A DNA stretch of 64,000 nt from a virus (Duplodnaviria; Caudoviricetes). The stretch spans positions 1-64,000 of the IMG/VR virus record IMGVR_UViG_3300037067_005096. One strand, 5' to 3'. Shown in pieces: positions 46,229 through 56,334 of this stretch. The translations under genes and the position numbers were made by a program. The notes beneath the pieces were generated by a model. That model ran no database searches. It had not been told where the DNA came from and saw only the letters and a list, made by a program, of their open reading frames with translations. Positions within the stretch are counted from its first letter, which is position 1. Each line of letters opens with the position of its first letter.

Positions 46229-47239
46229 CTAGTTTCTGAGGACTTCCAGAGCGTCATTGCATACCTCAAACGCTCTGGTCTTCATCTTCGCTGCGTGACC
46301 CATCAGCTTAGATTCGATGGCGTTGTCGGGATTCACTCCGGCTCCTCGAACTATGCGCACGTGGTCGTAGTAAGAGTTGATGCCGTTAAATGTTCCCCAC
46401 ACAGTACCTCGAACGCCGGGGATGTCCGCTCCGGGGCCGTCAGCGATAACCTGGTTGATGAGTTCAGCGTGGTTTATCCACTGTGGCTGCTTCTTATATT
46501 CGCCCTTCGAGAACTCTTCCAGGTCTTCCTCTGTGACACCCAGGCTTGCGTAGATGAGATTCTGATTCTGTTCCTCCGTCACCGGGGTCTCTCTGAACAG
46601 CTTGAACGCTTCCTGCACTTCATCGAAGTTGTGATGGGCGATGGAGATGACTCGCTGTATCTCTGACATCTTGACCATCGCAGTGTCCGTGTGCCTGACC
46701 TTGAATGGCTCAGACCCGGCTCCATCCCGGCTGCCAAATGAGAAGTTCAGAATGTTCTGGCAGACGATTCTGTGCGGGATAAGCTGCACCAGCAGGTTGC
46801 TGGAACCGTCGTGTGAGTTGAGAACAAGCATGTGCTTGCGTACTGAGTCGTCCGGTAGGACATCGAATCCACCCAGGTCAATACACACCCAAGTGTACCG
46901 ACCGCCGTGCAGTGCTCCGGCTGACGTGATACACGCACCATCTTGTCCAATGACGTTCTCCAGCCAGGAGAATGCGTCCTTGTTCTGGACAGGAGTGTAC
47001 CGGGTCTTGACGATTCCCAGGGGGTCTCCAGTATCAGTTCGGTATGTAGCGAAGTGGCCGGGGATGACTTTCCCACCGGTCTTCTTTGCCATCCGAATCT
47101 TATCTATGGCGACTGTCCAATCCAGCCCGGCTGTAACCAGAGCGTCTTTCAGCCCCAGCGCACCATCAACCTGAACTCCACCATAGATAGAACCAACGTC
47201 ACCTTTCTGGACAAATTGGCTCGCCACTCGATTCGACAT
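46229..47239 (-). CDS. DUF932 / phage-plasmid TIGR03299-like protein
   Basis: AGLDWTV, R.DT..PLG.V..RY.PVQN..AF, NSHDGS, RIVCQN, GTVWG.FN. Confidence 0.88.
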   Translation of the reverse strand: MSNRVASQFVQKGDVGSIYGGVQVDGALGLKDALVTAGLDWTVAIDKIRMAKKTGGKVIPGHFATYRTDTGDPLGIVKTRYTPVQNKDAFSWLENVIGQDGACITSAGALHGGRYTWVCIDLGGFDVLPDDSVRKHMLVLNSHDGSSNLLVQLIPHRIVCQNILNFSFGSRDGAGSEPFKVRHTDTAMVKMSEIQRVISIAHHNFDEVQEAFKLFRETPVTEEQNQNLIYASLGVTEEDLEEFSKGEYKKQPQWINHAELINQVIADGPGADIPGVRGTVWGTFNGINSYYDHVRIVRGAGVNPDNAIESKLMGHAAKMKTRAFEVCNDALEVLRN

Positions 47240-47260
47240 TGTGTTTGCCTCCTAAAAGCA

Positions 47261-47330
47261 AATTAGTTGCTTATTCTATAGTGAGTATACCGCACAATCT
47301 GCCCGGTGTCAATAGAATAAGCAACTAATT
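47261..47330 (-). promoter_or_regulatory. Consensus sigma70 promoter enclosed by a perfect 19-bp inverted repeat
   Basis: TTGACA (47307-47312), 17 bp, TATACT (47284-47289); arms aattagttgcttattctat / atagaataagcaactaatt. Confidence 0.85.
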
Positions 47331-47355
47331 GAGAAAAATAGGTATTTCTACTAGG

Positions 47356-48585
47356 TTAGCCTTTGTTCCTGAGTGTGGCGTTGTAGTCTCCATTTGCATA
47401 GAGACGAATCGCTACACCGCCTTGTCCCGGAGGAGGCCAGCCAGCTTCGTACGCATAGGTCTGTTCCCAGCGCAAGAATGATGGAGCTACGACCGTCCAT
47501 TGAGTCCGGTATGTGAGTCGGCATCGTTCCGGGTCTTCCACGATACAGGTCTCCGGGTTCACCAGAGGGTCGTGGGTATGGCCGGAAACGAAGAAGTTCA
47601 TGAAGTCGGTAAAGATACGAGGTCTACCGGCTGCATTCAGTTTACCACCTTTCGTCTGAGATGATGTTGTACCGTGGAATGCGTAGATTCTCCATCTGTG
47701 CCCCATTCCGAGAATAGAACAGTACACCGGGCCAGAGAAGTAGGGCACGTCAAGCGTCTGTGCCACAATCTTCATCGGGTCGATACCTGCCCGTTTCTGT
47801 GTCCGTTTCTCGTGGTTTCCGGGCAAGGTAAAGAGAATCTTGTGGGCTATGGGGGCCAGAATCTTGCAGATGCCGTTCACCTGGAGGTCTGGCGGAATCT
47901 CCTGAGAATACATCATACCTCTGCCGTCATCCAGAGCATTCTCTTGTAGGTCTCCACCCAGGAATGTCAGGATGTTCGGAGTCTCCTCTATCCATCGTAT
48001 GTAAGATAGCAGCTTCTCTCGCTTATGCCCATAGTGTCCAAAGTGAACATCATACAGAGGGGCTACAATGACTTCACCACCTGTAAACAGTTCATCTGGT
48101 AGCTGCACAAGCTGGTAAGGCTGAACGAAGTCTCCTTCAGTCGATTGTGAATGGAAGAATTTCCACTCACGGGACTTAATCCTGATGTTGTCCCGGTCAA
48201 CTTCCGGTAGGAGTATATAGATGTTCCTACCGTAGTTGTCGATTTGTGTGAAGAGGTTGAGACCTGGATACGTCTCTTCAAGCAGAGCATCCGTTGACGG
48301 GCCGAATACATCCTCGATTTCCTGGCGAGTGCGGGCTGTAAGCAGCAGGTCTCTAAACTCCTGTCGCTCTCTAATGCCCTTATACTCGAACGAGGGCTTG
48401 GTATCAGCCTCTTTCAGGTCAGTTCGAGACGGTAGGCCCTCATCTTTGCGTAGCTGTCTGATGAGATTCTTTACCTGGTCAGGAGTACCGTCGTGTGTCT
48501 TAGCCAGGTCAAAGTCACTAGCTCCTCCCAGGTAATCTTCGATGAACTGGGTCATCGACTCAGGTTTCCAATTGTTCTTAGCCAT
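47356..48585 (-). CDS. Calcineurin-like metallophosphoesterase with N-terminal extension
   Basis: DVHFG, GGD, GNHE, FHG, GHTH. Confidence 0.88.
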   Translation of the reverse strand: MAKNNWKPESMTQFIEDYLGGASDFDLAKTHDGTPDQVKNLIRQLRKDEGLPSRTDLKEADTKPSFEYKGIRERQEFRDLLLTARTRQEIEDVFGPSTDALLEETYPGLNLFTQIDNYGRNIYILLPEVDRDNIRIKSREWKFFHSQSTEGDFVQPYQLVQLPDELFTGGEVIVAPLYDVHFGHYGHKREKLLSYIRWIEETPNILTFLGGDLQENALDDGRGMMYSQEIPPDLQVNGICKILAPIAHKILFTLPGNHEKRTQKRAGIDPMKIVAQTLDVPYFSGPVYCSILGMGHRWRIYAFHGTTSSQTKGGKLNAAGRPRIFTDFMNFFVSGHTHDPLVNPETCIVEDPERCRLTYRTQWTVVAPSFLRWEQTYAYEAGWPPPGQGGVAIRLYANGDYNATLRNKG

Positions 48586-49357
48586 GCTGTCCTCCCAGCA
48601 GTTTCTCTGCTTCTTGGCAGTAATTTGGGTCAATGTCAAAACCGATGCAATCAACGCCCAGTATCCGGCAAGCTCTTCCGGTGGAACCAATACCCATGAA
48701 AGGGTCTAACGCCAAGCGTATGTGTTCTACGCCATGTAGCATCAAACAGTTTTCTACAAGTTTTGGCGGAAAGGTAGCGGGGTGAGGGCGGTCTTTGCGA
48801 GTGCGGATGGTTTTGTATGGAATGAACCATGTGTTTCCCCTGCATCGACAATCGGTTCTGACACCTTTCCAGCGTTTGACATTCGACTTATCGGCATACG
48901 GAACTCCAATAGCCAGCCGATTGAGCGGAACATCACCGTTCTTGGTCAGGTGAAAGACATACTCGAAACAATCATTGACGAATCGGGATGAGTTGAGCGG
49001 CTTGAAATGCCCATACGAATTGCCATCTTCCAGGGCAATGCTCTTCACCCAGATAAACGTATTCTGAAGTTGGAAACTTCGCCGGAATATAGATAGGACA
49101 TCATACGGAACCCACGGGTCAGTTGGCTTAGAGCCGAGATTCAAGAACAAACTGCCCTTGTCAGAGAGAACCCTGCCTAACTCGTTTGCCACATCTACGA
49201 TGAAATGCAAATACTCTTGCCGAGATACATGGTCATCGTAGGTTCCGTAATCTATGCCCAAGTTGTAGGGCGGAGAAGTCACTACAACATCCACCGCCCC
49301 ATCTGTCAACCGAGATTTCATCCCGGATATACAGTCTTCGTTGAAGATGGTGACCAT
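48578..49357 (-). CDS. DNA methyltransferase (beta-class, N4-C/N6-A)
   Basis: TSPPYN catalytic motif, HPATFP, LDPFMGIGSTG SAM-binding motif. Confidence 0.93.
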   Translation of the reverse strand: MVTIFNEDCISGMKSRLTDGAVDVVVTSPPYNLGIDYGTYDDHVSRQEYLHFIVDVANELGRVLSDKGSLFLNLGSKPTDPWVPYDVLSIFRRSFQLQNTFIWVKSIALEDGNSYGHFKPLNSSRFVNDCFEYVFHLTKNGDVPLNRLAIGVPYADKSNVKRWKGVRTDCRCRGNTWFIPYKTIRTRKDRPHPATFPPKLVENCLMLHGVEHIRLALDPFMGIGSTGRACRILGVDCIGFDIDPNYCQEAEKLLGGQHG

Positions 49358-51205
49358 CTATTCCAAACTCACCTTTCTGTCAGCGATAGCTTCCAGGTTT
49401 GCTCTGATAGCATTTCGGTAGCTATCATCTAGTTCAGGAACGTTGACGCCTTGTTCTCGGAAATCCTGATGGACTTCTTCAGTTATAGTATAGAACAAGT
49501 CTACCAGGGCGTCAATAGGCACGGTCTCATCTGACTGCGTAGGTTTGACAGCCCCACGCTGCTCAGTTGTTCTTTGCGCCCGGCCCTTGTTCTGATTACC
49601 TGTACCACTGGAGTTGTCACCCGGAATACGGTCTTTCGGAGCCGTACCCAGTGGGCTGGTTTTTGGCTGAGCATTAGTCTCGATTGTCTTGACCCTAGCC
49701 TTAACTACCCGGTCGCCATACTTCTCCAAGAACTTCTGCAGCATTTCTTGCTGGTCAGAGTTCAGGTGCATGAACTTGTCAGCCAGTAGCTCTGGCGGAA
49801 GAGAACCGAATGCTTCCACAAAGTATACCGCTGCCTGCGCATAGGTAAGCTCGATTTCTGCATCCTCTCGCAGGTCTTTGGTGTTGATTTGTGTAAGCTC
49901 GATTTCGTAGGCATCGTCACTCGGTGTAATACCATTCAGCATCAACTCGATGTCACATAGACGGCGAAGCCCTTCCAACAGATTGCGTTGGACTCTTCGG
50001 AGCATACGAGCAAACTGTATCTCCACATCGGCTTTCTTCGATGCTGAGGCCGAAATGTGAGTCTTCTGTGCCGTGGTTATCTGTAGATAGGCAATAGGAA
50101 CCTGAAGCCTGCTCAGCAGCTTCTCACGGTGGTATATGATGTCATTCAGATTGCCAAGCTGTGCATTGTTGGCACTCAGCAACTCGATTCCACCCCTATT
50201 AGTTCCATCGTCTGGCAGATAGAAGTCTGTCTGCACGTCAAGTGGAGCATCCACCTGAGTTACCAGTCCGCTGGAATCTAGGATTCGACGCTTGGTTACT
50301 GCGTCCTTGTGCATACGAATCCGGGCCATTATCTCACCTGAAGACATTTCAGGCTTGACCGGAATCTTGTGAACCATCTTGTCATAGGCTCTGATAAGAC
50401 GAGCTATCGCCATACCATCTTCCATCTTGGCAAGACGAATCCAGTTCCTTCTGGCTGGAGCAAGTGGCGGGATAGAGAGATACCCACGCTTTGTACCGAA
50501 GATGAATGGCACTATCTGCCATTCTTCCAGGTCATACTCTTTCCCGGTGAAAACGTCACCATCTGTCTTGAGAGTCCAGCCAGGACACTTGTCACCACGA
50601 GCGTTCGTCTTCGGGTAAATCTGGTAGCTGATTGTCTGCTTAAATGCAACTACCTGCATTGCCTGACGGTCAACTACAACTTCCCGGAACTCATTGCCGT
50701 GCTTGACCATATCCCGGCAGATGTACCATATTTCATTCGGGAGATTGAGTCGCTTAGACATGGCATCTAGGACAGCTTGGATACGGTCGGTCTTGGCCCG
50801 AATCTTGAAGTGTCGTTGTGAAGCTGCAAGCTCAGAGTACGACACAGAGCAGTCGGCTATGATGTCCAGAGCCGTAGCAACTATTTCGTCTTCTGAGTCC
50901 ATCCGCTCGATGTCTTGGTAGATGGACTTGCGATTCTGGTGAACTCTCCAGGCATTTGCCATATACGTGATAGTCGTCGTATCGGTGATGCCCGTGATTA
51001 CCAGATTGTCTCCAATCTCCGGTACAGGATGTAGGGTCGGATTCTGTGGAGTCCCTGTATCAGGGTCGAACAGGGTCTTCAGGAACCTTCCCATCTTCCT
51101 GGCCCAATACGGAGCGGCAACCCGTTCGTTTGCCCCACTGGTTCCTCCATAAGAGCCAATCGGAGATGGCAGTTTATTGTAGTATGAACCGATTGGTGAT
51201 GCCAT
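49358..51205 (-). CDS. Portal protein (T4 gp20-like)
   Basis: ALDIIAD, MEDGMAIARLIRA, DFYLP..G..GGIELL, DIIY...L...LQVP; follows TerL. Confidence 0.85.
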   Translation of the reverse strand: MASPIGSYYNKLPSPIGSYGGTSGANERVAAPYWARKMGRFLKTLFDPDTGTPQNPTLHPVPEIGDNLVITGITDTTTITYMANAWRVHQNRKSIYQDIERMDSEDEIVATALDIIADCSVSYSELAASQRHFKIRAKTDRIQAVLDAMSKRLNLPNEIWYICRDMVKHGNEFREVVVDRQAMQVVAFKQTISYQIYPKTNARGDKCPGWTLKTDGDVFTGKEYDLEEWQIVPFIFGTKRGYLSIPPLAPARRNWIRLAKMEDGMAIARLIRAYDKMVHKIPVKPEMSSGEIMARIRMHKDAVTKRRILDSSGLVTQVDAPLDVQTDFYLPDDGTNRGGIELLSANNAQLGNLNDIIYHREKLLSRLQVPIAYLQITTAQKTHISASASKKADVEIQFARMLRRVQRNLLEGLRRLCDIELMLNGITPSDDAYEIELTQINTKDLREDAEIELTYAQAAVYFVEAFGSLPPELLADKFMHLNSDQQEMLQKFLEKYGDRVVKARVKTIETNAQPKTSPLGTAPKDRIPGDNSSGTGNQNKGRAQRTTEQRGAVKPTQSDETVPIDALVDLFYTITEEVHQDFREQGVNVPELDDSYRNAIRANLEAIADRKVSLE

Positions 51206-51261
51206 AGTTTATTCTCCCGTTGCGAGCGTACTCACATGTATGATAACAGAAATCGACCATT

Positions 51262-52869
51262 TTAGGCTGTTCTTTGTGCCTCCAACCATGCATCCTCGAA
51301 GTCTCCTGAACCTGACGTAGCGGCTGACCAAGCAAACCACAATGCCATTATCGTATCAGAAAACTCTCCTCCCGGATGAGTTCGGAGTTCTGTCATCAGT
51401 ATACTTATCATCGACGGGTCGTCAGGAGCCAACGGAAATCTGGCTGCCGGAATAGCAAACTTGGATTTCTCGAATGCTACTGCCATTCCAGGAAGACCGA
51501 CTTTCTCATCAGCCTTGTTTGACCCTGTTGTAAATGGTTCCAACGGCAAAGTCTTATCTCGCTCACCGATAGCATCTATAACAGCCTGCTGGTAGGCATT
51601 GTTTTCAACCTTACCGAGTCGCCAGTTATGTTTACGAGCTTGAGCTATAATCGCCTCAACAGTATCCGGGAAGGACATCCTCCGTCGATACATCTCCTTC
51701 AAATAGAAGCGATGGTCATGTGGATTCACAGCTATCGTCCAGATGACTGTCCAAGCGTTCTTACGCCCAAAAGCAGACGCCAGGTCTACCCCGCCATACG
51801 TTATCCATTCATCATCTACATCATCTCCTATGTCGGCTCTAGTCAGGTCAAAGCTGCGTTCCAAAGACTTCTCCGGGAATGTACGTTCCTCGTCCGACAT
51901 AGCATTCAAGAGATACTGTCGGGCAAAGACTCGCTCGCCAACTTCCCCTCGTTTGTCATCGAGCTTTGCTTCTGACCACTTATCTTCCCACAGGATGTGC
52001 TTCGTAACCACTTGTTGGCCGGTTTCCTCGTCAACAAGTGGATTACCCTCTTCATCATAGTGCCGCTCATAACGAATAGCAGGCACTATCCAGAGCTTGA
52101 ACCGACCGGTAGCCTTTATCACATGTGTGGCATCAGCTACGTGATACGGTGTGCAAATCCATACTATTGACCCAGTTGCAGAGACCAACGAGAACCAGGT
52201 TTCCTGTATCGCTTTGATGACCTGCTCTCTCATGGCCGGGTTGATAACCGAGTTCTTCAGGTCAACAACGTCGTCACAAATCAGCAAGTCGGCTCTTCCA
52301 CCGGCTCCGGCTGATAGAACACCGGCAGCATCTACAGAAGGGTCTCTCTGCTTGACATCACGCTTTACAAAGAAGTCTGTGGCCCTGTCTCCTTTTCGGA
52401 CATCAATCTCCAGGTTAGGAAATACCTCGTGTACACGTTCACTGTCTGAAACGAAGTCTCGAATAAGGCCCAAGATTTCTTTGGCTTTGTCGTCTGCTGC
52501 CGCAATAATCTTGATTCTGAGATTGGGGTTATGCCCCAGTTCCCAAATGACTCGTCCAACAATCTGGATGGTCTTACCGTGCCCTCTGGGAGCTATAATC
52601 ATCACACGGTCATTATCCGTGATAAGCGTTTGCCACTCTCTATGAAAATCTTGTTGTTCGACTGGCTCTCCAGTTTCTACGTCAACGAAAACATACTCGA
52701 TGAATGCGTTGACATCTTCCCAACAACACTTGATGAGCAATGGTTTGAAGACGACATCATACAGAGATTCCCATAAGTCATACTCACGTGCCAATGCCTC
52801 TCCTTCGTCAGGGTTGCGAAGGTAGAGGTTCACCAACTCTCCTATGATTTCGTCTTTCTCAGTGGTCAT
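51262..52869 (-). CDS. terL: Terminase large subunit
   Basis: APRGHGKT Walker A, GGRADLLICDD Walker B, GVDLA...D.IMALW nuclease domain. Confidence 0.93.
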   Translation of the reverse strand: MTTEKDEIIGELVNLYLRNPDEGEALAREYDLWESLYDVVFKPLLIKCCWEDVNAFIEYVFVDVETGEPVEQQDFHREWQTLITDNDRVMIIAPRGHGKTIQIVGRVIWELGHNPNLRIKIIAAADDKAKEILGLIRDFVSDSERVHEVFPNLEIDVRKGDRATDFFVKRDVKQRDPSVDAAGVLSAGAGGRADLLICDDVVDLKNSVINPAMREQVIKAIQETWFSLVSATGSIVWICTPYHVADATHVIKATGRFKLWIVPAIRYERHYDEEGNPLVDEETGQQVVTKHILWEDKWSEAKLDDKRGEVGERVFARQYLLNAMSDEERTFPEKSLERSFDLTRADIGDDVDDEWITYGGVDLASAFGRKNAWTVIWTIAVNPHDHRFYLKEMYRRRMSFPDTVEAIIAQARKHNWRLGKVENNAYQQAVIDAIGERDKTLPLEPFTTGSNKADEKVGLPGMAVAFEKSKFAIPAARFPLAPDDPSMISILMTELRTHPGGEFSDTIMALWFAWSAATSGSGDFEDAWLEAQRTA

Positions 52870-53315
52870 AATGCTGTTCCCACGAGTATGCCTTCAAACC
52901 AGATGTACTCCGGCCATTCCCACTGTAGTTCGACAGCTTCAGTAGTAGCTAGACCATCTACAAACTCGGTCAGTTTAGCTTGGTCGATTGCCGGACTGAA
53001 ATTACGAGTTAGTAGTTTTCCTGGATTCTCGTGACAATACCCTATGTACTGTCGGGTTTCTACCAGGGTTTTCTCACTCCCCGCTGGAGTCAAGCCAACA
53101 GTCTCCCTGGTGAAATGAATCATCTTGTAGTGCTCAATCGGCAACAGCACCTCTTTGGCAGCTTCAACACGATTGATAGCTGTAAGCGTTGCCATACCTA
53201 TCCTTCGGTTTCGATAGTCATAGCCTTGCACCTGGTCACCAGGAACCAGGTCAGCGACCACATGTTTTCCTCGACATATTATCAGAGCCAAAGTAGGTAC
53301 GACTACATGTCTCAT
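52866..53315 (-). CDS. Stand-alone degenerate Hint (intein-like) domain protein
   Basis: PTLALIICRGKHVVADLVPGDQVQGYD resembles Hint N-terminal blocks; AVELQWEWPEYIWFEGILVG resembles blocks F/G; no Cys1 or His-Asn. Confidence 0.55.
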   Translation of the reverse strand: MRHVVVPTLALIICRGKHVVADLVPGDQVQGYDYRNRRIGMATLTAINRVEAAKEVLLPIEHYKMIHFTRETVGLTPAGSEKTLVETRQYIGYCHENPGKLLTRNFSPAIDQAKLTEFVDGLATTEAVELQWEWPEYIWFEGILVGTAL

Positions 53316-53899
53316 TTCAAACCCCACGCCCAGTCTGCGATGGTAGTGAAGAACCGGGCAATCACCGATTCCAATGATTCAAGGTCAGAATCATTGAGCA
53401 CGATAGTATCCCAGTCTGTAAAATCGTCTAGTGCCCGTTCAGACGCATGCCCATCTTCAGTGTCAATTCCACCTCGTTGCACCTGAATGACAATGCCTCC
53501 TAATTGCTTAACCATCTCCACCTCGTTTGGGAAGCGAATATCAGGTATAAGCACCATCTCACGGTCAGTGGTGCAGTTGGTTTGAATCCAAGCACGAAGA
53601 GTGTCTACCCAATAGGTATCACTGACCATTCCACGCTTGAACTCAGTGCCCCACCACTGGAGCAGTAGCCGATAGCGTTCTTTCACACCATCAGTATTCA
53701 TCTCAGTGAATATGTCTGCTGCCGATTTGGTGTTGCCTAACTGGTTGGCTACCATTGCTGCACACTCTTCTTTGAGAGCATCAGCCAATGCCCGGCGAGT
53801 GGCTTTGACTCCAGCAAGTTCGGCACAGCGTATAAGCATCTGTGCCACTGTGTCTTTTCCACTGCGCTTTTTTCCTGCAATTCCGATAACTAGCATCAA
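53312..53899 (-). CDS. Deoxynucleoside monophosphate kinase
   Basis: GIAGKKRSGKDT, LADALK, R.LLQWWGTE, DIRFPNE, HASE. Confidence 0.9.
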   Translation of the reverse strand: MMLVIGIAGKKRSGKDTVAQMLIRCAELAGVKATRRALADALKEECAAMVANQLGNTKSAADIFTEMNTDGVKERYRLLLQWWGTEFKRGMVSDTYWVDTLRAWIQTNCTTDREMVLIPDIRFPNEVEMVKQLGGIVIQVQRGGIDTEDGHASERALDDFTDWDTIVLNDSDLESLESVIARFFTTIADWAWGLK

Positions 53900-56334
53900 T
53901 TACACCCCGCACTTCCACAGTCTGTGCAGACAAAGCAACCTTCCTCAAACCGGAGGGCTTTAGAACCACAACTAGCACAACGAACTGATGAGCGAGTTCC
54001 GTCCTTTATGTATCGCTTCAGCACCCGTGCAATGACTTTGGTATAGGTGAAGAAGTCGGCATTCTGCTCTTTGAGCAACTGGTCAACTATGTCCACCAAA
54101 GCAGTGCCATTACGTAGTGCCATTGAAATCAGACGGCTGACAGCAGAATAGTCATTGTTCTGGAACGCACTTCCCAGGTCTCGCACTACAATGTCTTCTC
54201 CACCGTCAAAGGCTTCTAGCTCATAACGATTCTTGCTGTGTTTGTTGACATGCTTAGTAATCCTGCCTTGACTGTATGATTTCGGTAGGTTGAGGTATTG
54301 CGCCTCCCCGCCGAATATCTCAAAAGGTTTGTCATCCTTGAAGCTCACCAGCACGATAAACTGCTGAGTGATTCCATGATGAGTAACCTCTACTTGCTGT
54401 ATTTCACAGGGCAAGACCTCCGGGCGTTCTGACCATTCCTGACGAGAGGTAATCAGAACACCGTCTCTTGAACCGGCCACATAGACAGTCAGCCCTTTCA
54501 GCCCGTTCTTATGAGCTTCCTCATAGAGCTTTTCAACGACCTCTACACCAGTTCCTTCCGGCAAGTTGATGGTGGAACTGATACCGTGGTCTATGTAAGA
54601 CTGAATAAGGCCCTGTATCTTGACCCGTTCTGTCCAGTCAATCTCTGATGCCGTGACAAAGCAATCAGGCAGACTATCAGCATCGGGATTCGCCTGCATA
54701 TAGTCTTTCACATTGTGATGATAAACCGTATGCTCTTCCCACTTGTCACTGGTAGCATCTACGAAATCGACTCGACCAGCATTTTCACTGGTCAACTTTC
54801 TCCGTCGAGTATACTGATTCGCAAACACCGGCTCTATACCGGATGATGTCTGGCTCATTATTGATACTGTACCCGTAGGAGCATTAGTCAACAGTGCTCC
54901 ATTTCTACGCCCCCAGATAGCGAGTGAATCATAGATGTCTTCCGGCAGATTGCGTAGGAATGGACATTCCTTCTCTCGCTCCCAGTCAAAATCTGGAAAC
55001 GGCCCCCGCTCGATAGCAAGTTGAATGCTGGCTCTGTATCCTTCGTTTCGGAGAGTTGCATATATCTCTCGTATGGTTTTCCGTGAATCCGGTGCATCAT
55101 AGCGTAGACCCAGGGCTGCCAGAGCATCTGCAAGGCCATGTGTGCCGAGTCCTGTACGCCTAGCTCCATAAGCAGCTTGCTTCATTCGAGCAAACAGAGT
55201 TCTCTCATCATCAGTATCCGACTTTGCGATGATTTTGTCAAGACACTCCATCTCCAGGTCTACCAGGTCATCGAGTAGCCGCATAGCGATATTTACGTGT
55301 GTCTTGAACGAATCCCAGTCGAACTCTGCATCAGGCGTGTGAGGATTGACCACAAACCCTTTGAGGTTCATAGAAGTCAGTCGGCAGGAGTCATAGGCAC
55401 TCAGTAAAATCTCAGAGCACGGATTCACACAAACCGACTTATATTGTGGGTAGTAGTCAAGCGGAAGATTGCGCCGGTAGTTATCAATGAAGATGATTCC
55501 TGGTTCTGCTGTGTCGGTCGCAGTCTGACATATAAGACGCCAAAGGTCACGAGCACGTATACGATGAATCTCGTACTTTGTGCCAGTCAATACCATCGGC
55601 AATTCAGCATCGACTGTGGGTTGGAATTGTAGATACCACCAGTCATCATTCCTGAGAGCATCCATGAACTTGTCTGTGACCATTACGCTGATGTTTGCGC
55701 CTGTCACTTTCGTTCTGTCCCGTTTCATCGTTACAAACTTCTCGATGTCCGGGTGACCGATATTCATGGTTATCATCAAAGCTCCACGGCGTCCTTGTTG
55801 TGCCGTGTGCCGTGATACATAGCTGTAGAACTCAGCAAATGACCAAGCTCCTGAAGAGGTCTTGGCCGAATTAGTAACCGGGGTTCCATCCGGGCGCAGA
55901 GTCGAGATGTCGAGTCCGGCTCCACAGCGTCGTTTGAACAAGTTTGCCAAGTCTCTTCCACGTTCATAGATAGATGAGATGGTGTCTTCCGGGCTATCAA
56001 TGGCTACGCAGTTAGATAGACTCACAATTGCGTATGGGTTTCCAATGCCATACATAGGAGACCCACCTGGAACTATGCGTCGAAAACCATCCAAGGCTGC
56101 TCTGATTTGTTCCAGAGACAACGAGAAGTTGGGTGGACACTCACTGTCATAGCTGCGTTCCACACGATGAAATTCCGCAGCTATACGGTCGTGCATATCA
56201 TTTGGACTCAGTTCGTAGTATGCTGTGTCGTCGTGCAAAGCATACTTGTCTACGAACGTTTTTGCAGCCAGGTCATCTCCATCGAAGTAGTCAAGGCTGG
56301 CTTGTAGTGCTTCCTGTTCAGTGTACTTTTCCAT
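53896..56334 (-). CDS. nrdJ: Class II (adenosylcobalamin-dependent) ribonucleotide reductase
   Basis: SLSNC, RRGALM, NPCSEI...CRL, RRTGLG, APTGT, SSGIEP, C-terminal CxxC..EGC..CxxCG; no beta subunit nearby. Confidence 0.9.
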   Translation of the reverse strand: MEKYTEQEALQASLDYFDGDDLAAKTFVDKYALHDDTAYYELSPNDMHDRIAAEFHRVERSYDSECPPNFSLSLEQIRAALDGFRRIVPGGSPMYGIGNPYAIVSLSNCVAIDSPEDTISSIYERGRDLANLFKRRCGAGLDISTLRPDGTPVTNSAKTSSGAWSFAEFYSYVSRHTAQQGRRGALMITMNIGHPDIEKFVTMKRDRTKVTGANISVMVTDKFMDALRNDDWWYLQFQPTVDAELPMVLTGTKYEIHRIRARDLWRLICQTATDTAEPGIIFIDNYRRNLPLDYYPQYKSVCVNPCSEILLSAYDSCRLTSMNLKGFVVNPHTPDAEFDWDSFKTHVNIAMRLLDDLVDLEMECLDKIIAKSDTDDERTLFARMKQAAYGARRTGLGTHGLADALAALGLRYDAPDSRKTIREIYATLRNEGYRASIQLAIERGPFPDFDWEREKECPFLRNLPEDIYDSLAIWGRRNGALLTNAPTGTVSIMSQTSSGIEPVFANQYTRRRKLTSENAGRVDFVDATSDKWEEHTVYHHNVKDYMQANPDADSLPDCFVTASEIDWTERVKIQGLIQSYIDHGISSTINLPEGTGVEVVEKLYEEAHKNGLKGLTVYVAGSRDGVLITSRQEWSERPEVLPCEIQQVEVTHHGITQQFIVLVSFKDDKPFEIFGGEAQYLNLPKSYSQGRITKHVNKHSKNRYELEAFDGGEDIVVRDLGSAFQNNDYSAVSRLISMALRNGTALVDIVDQLLKEQNADFFTYTKVIARVLKRYIKDGTRSSVRCASCGSKALRFEEGCFVCTDCGSAGCN

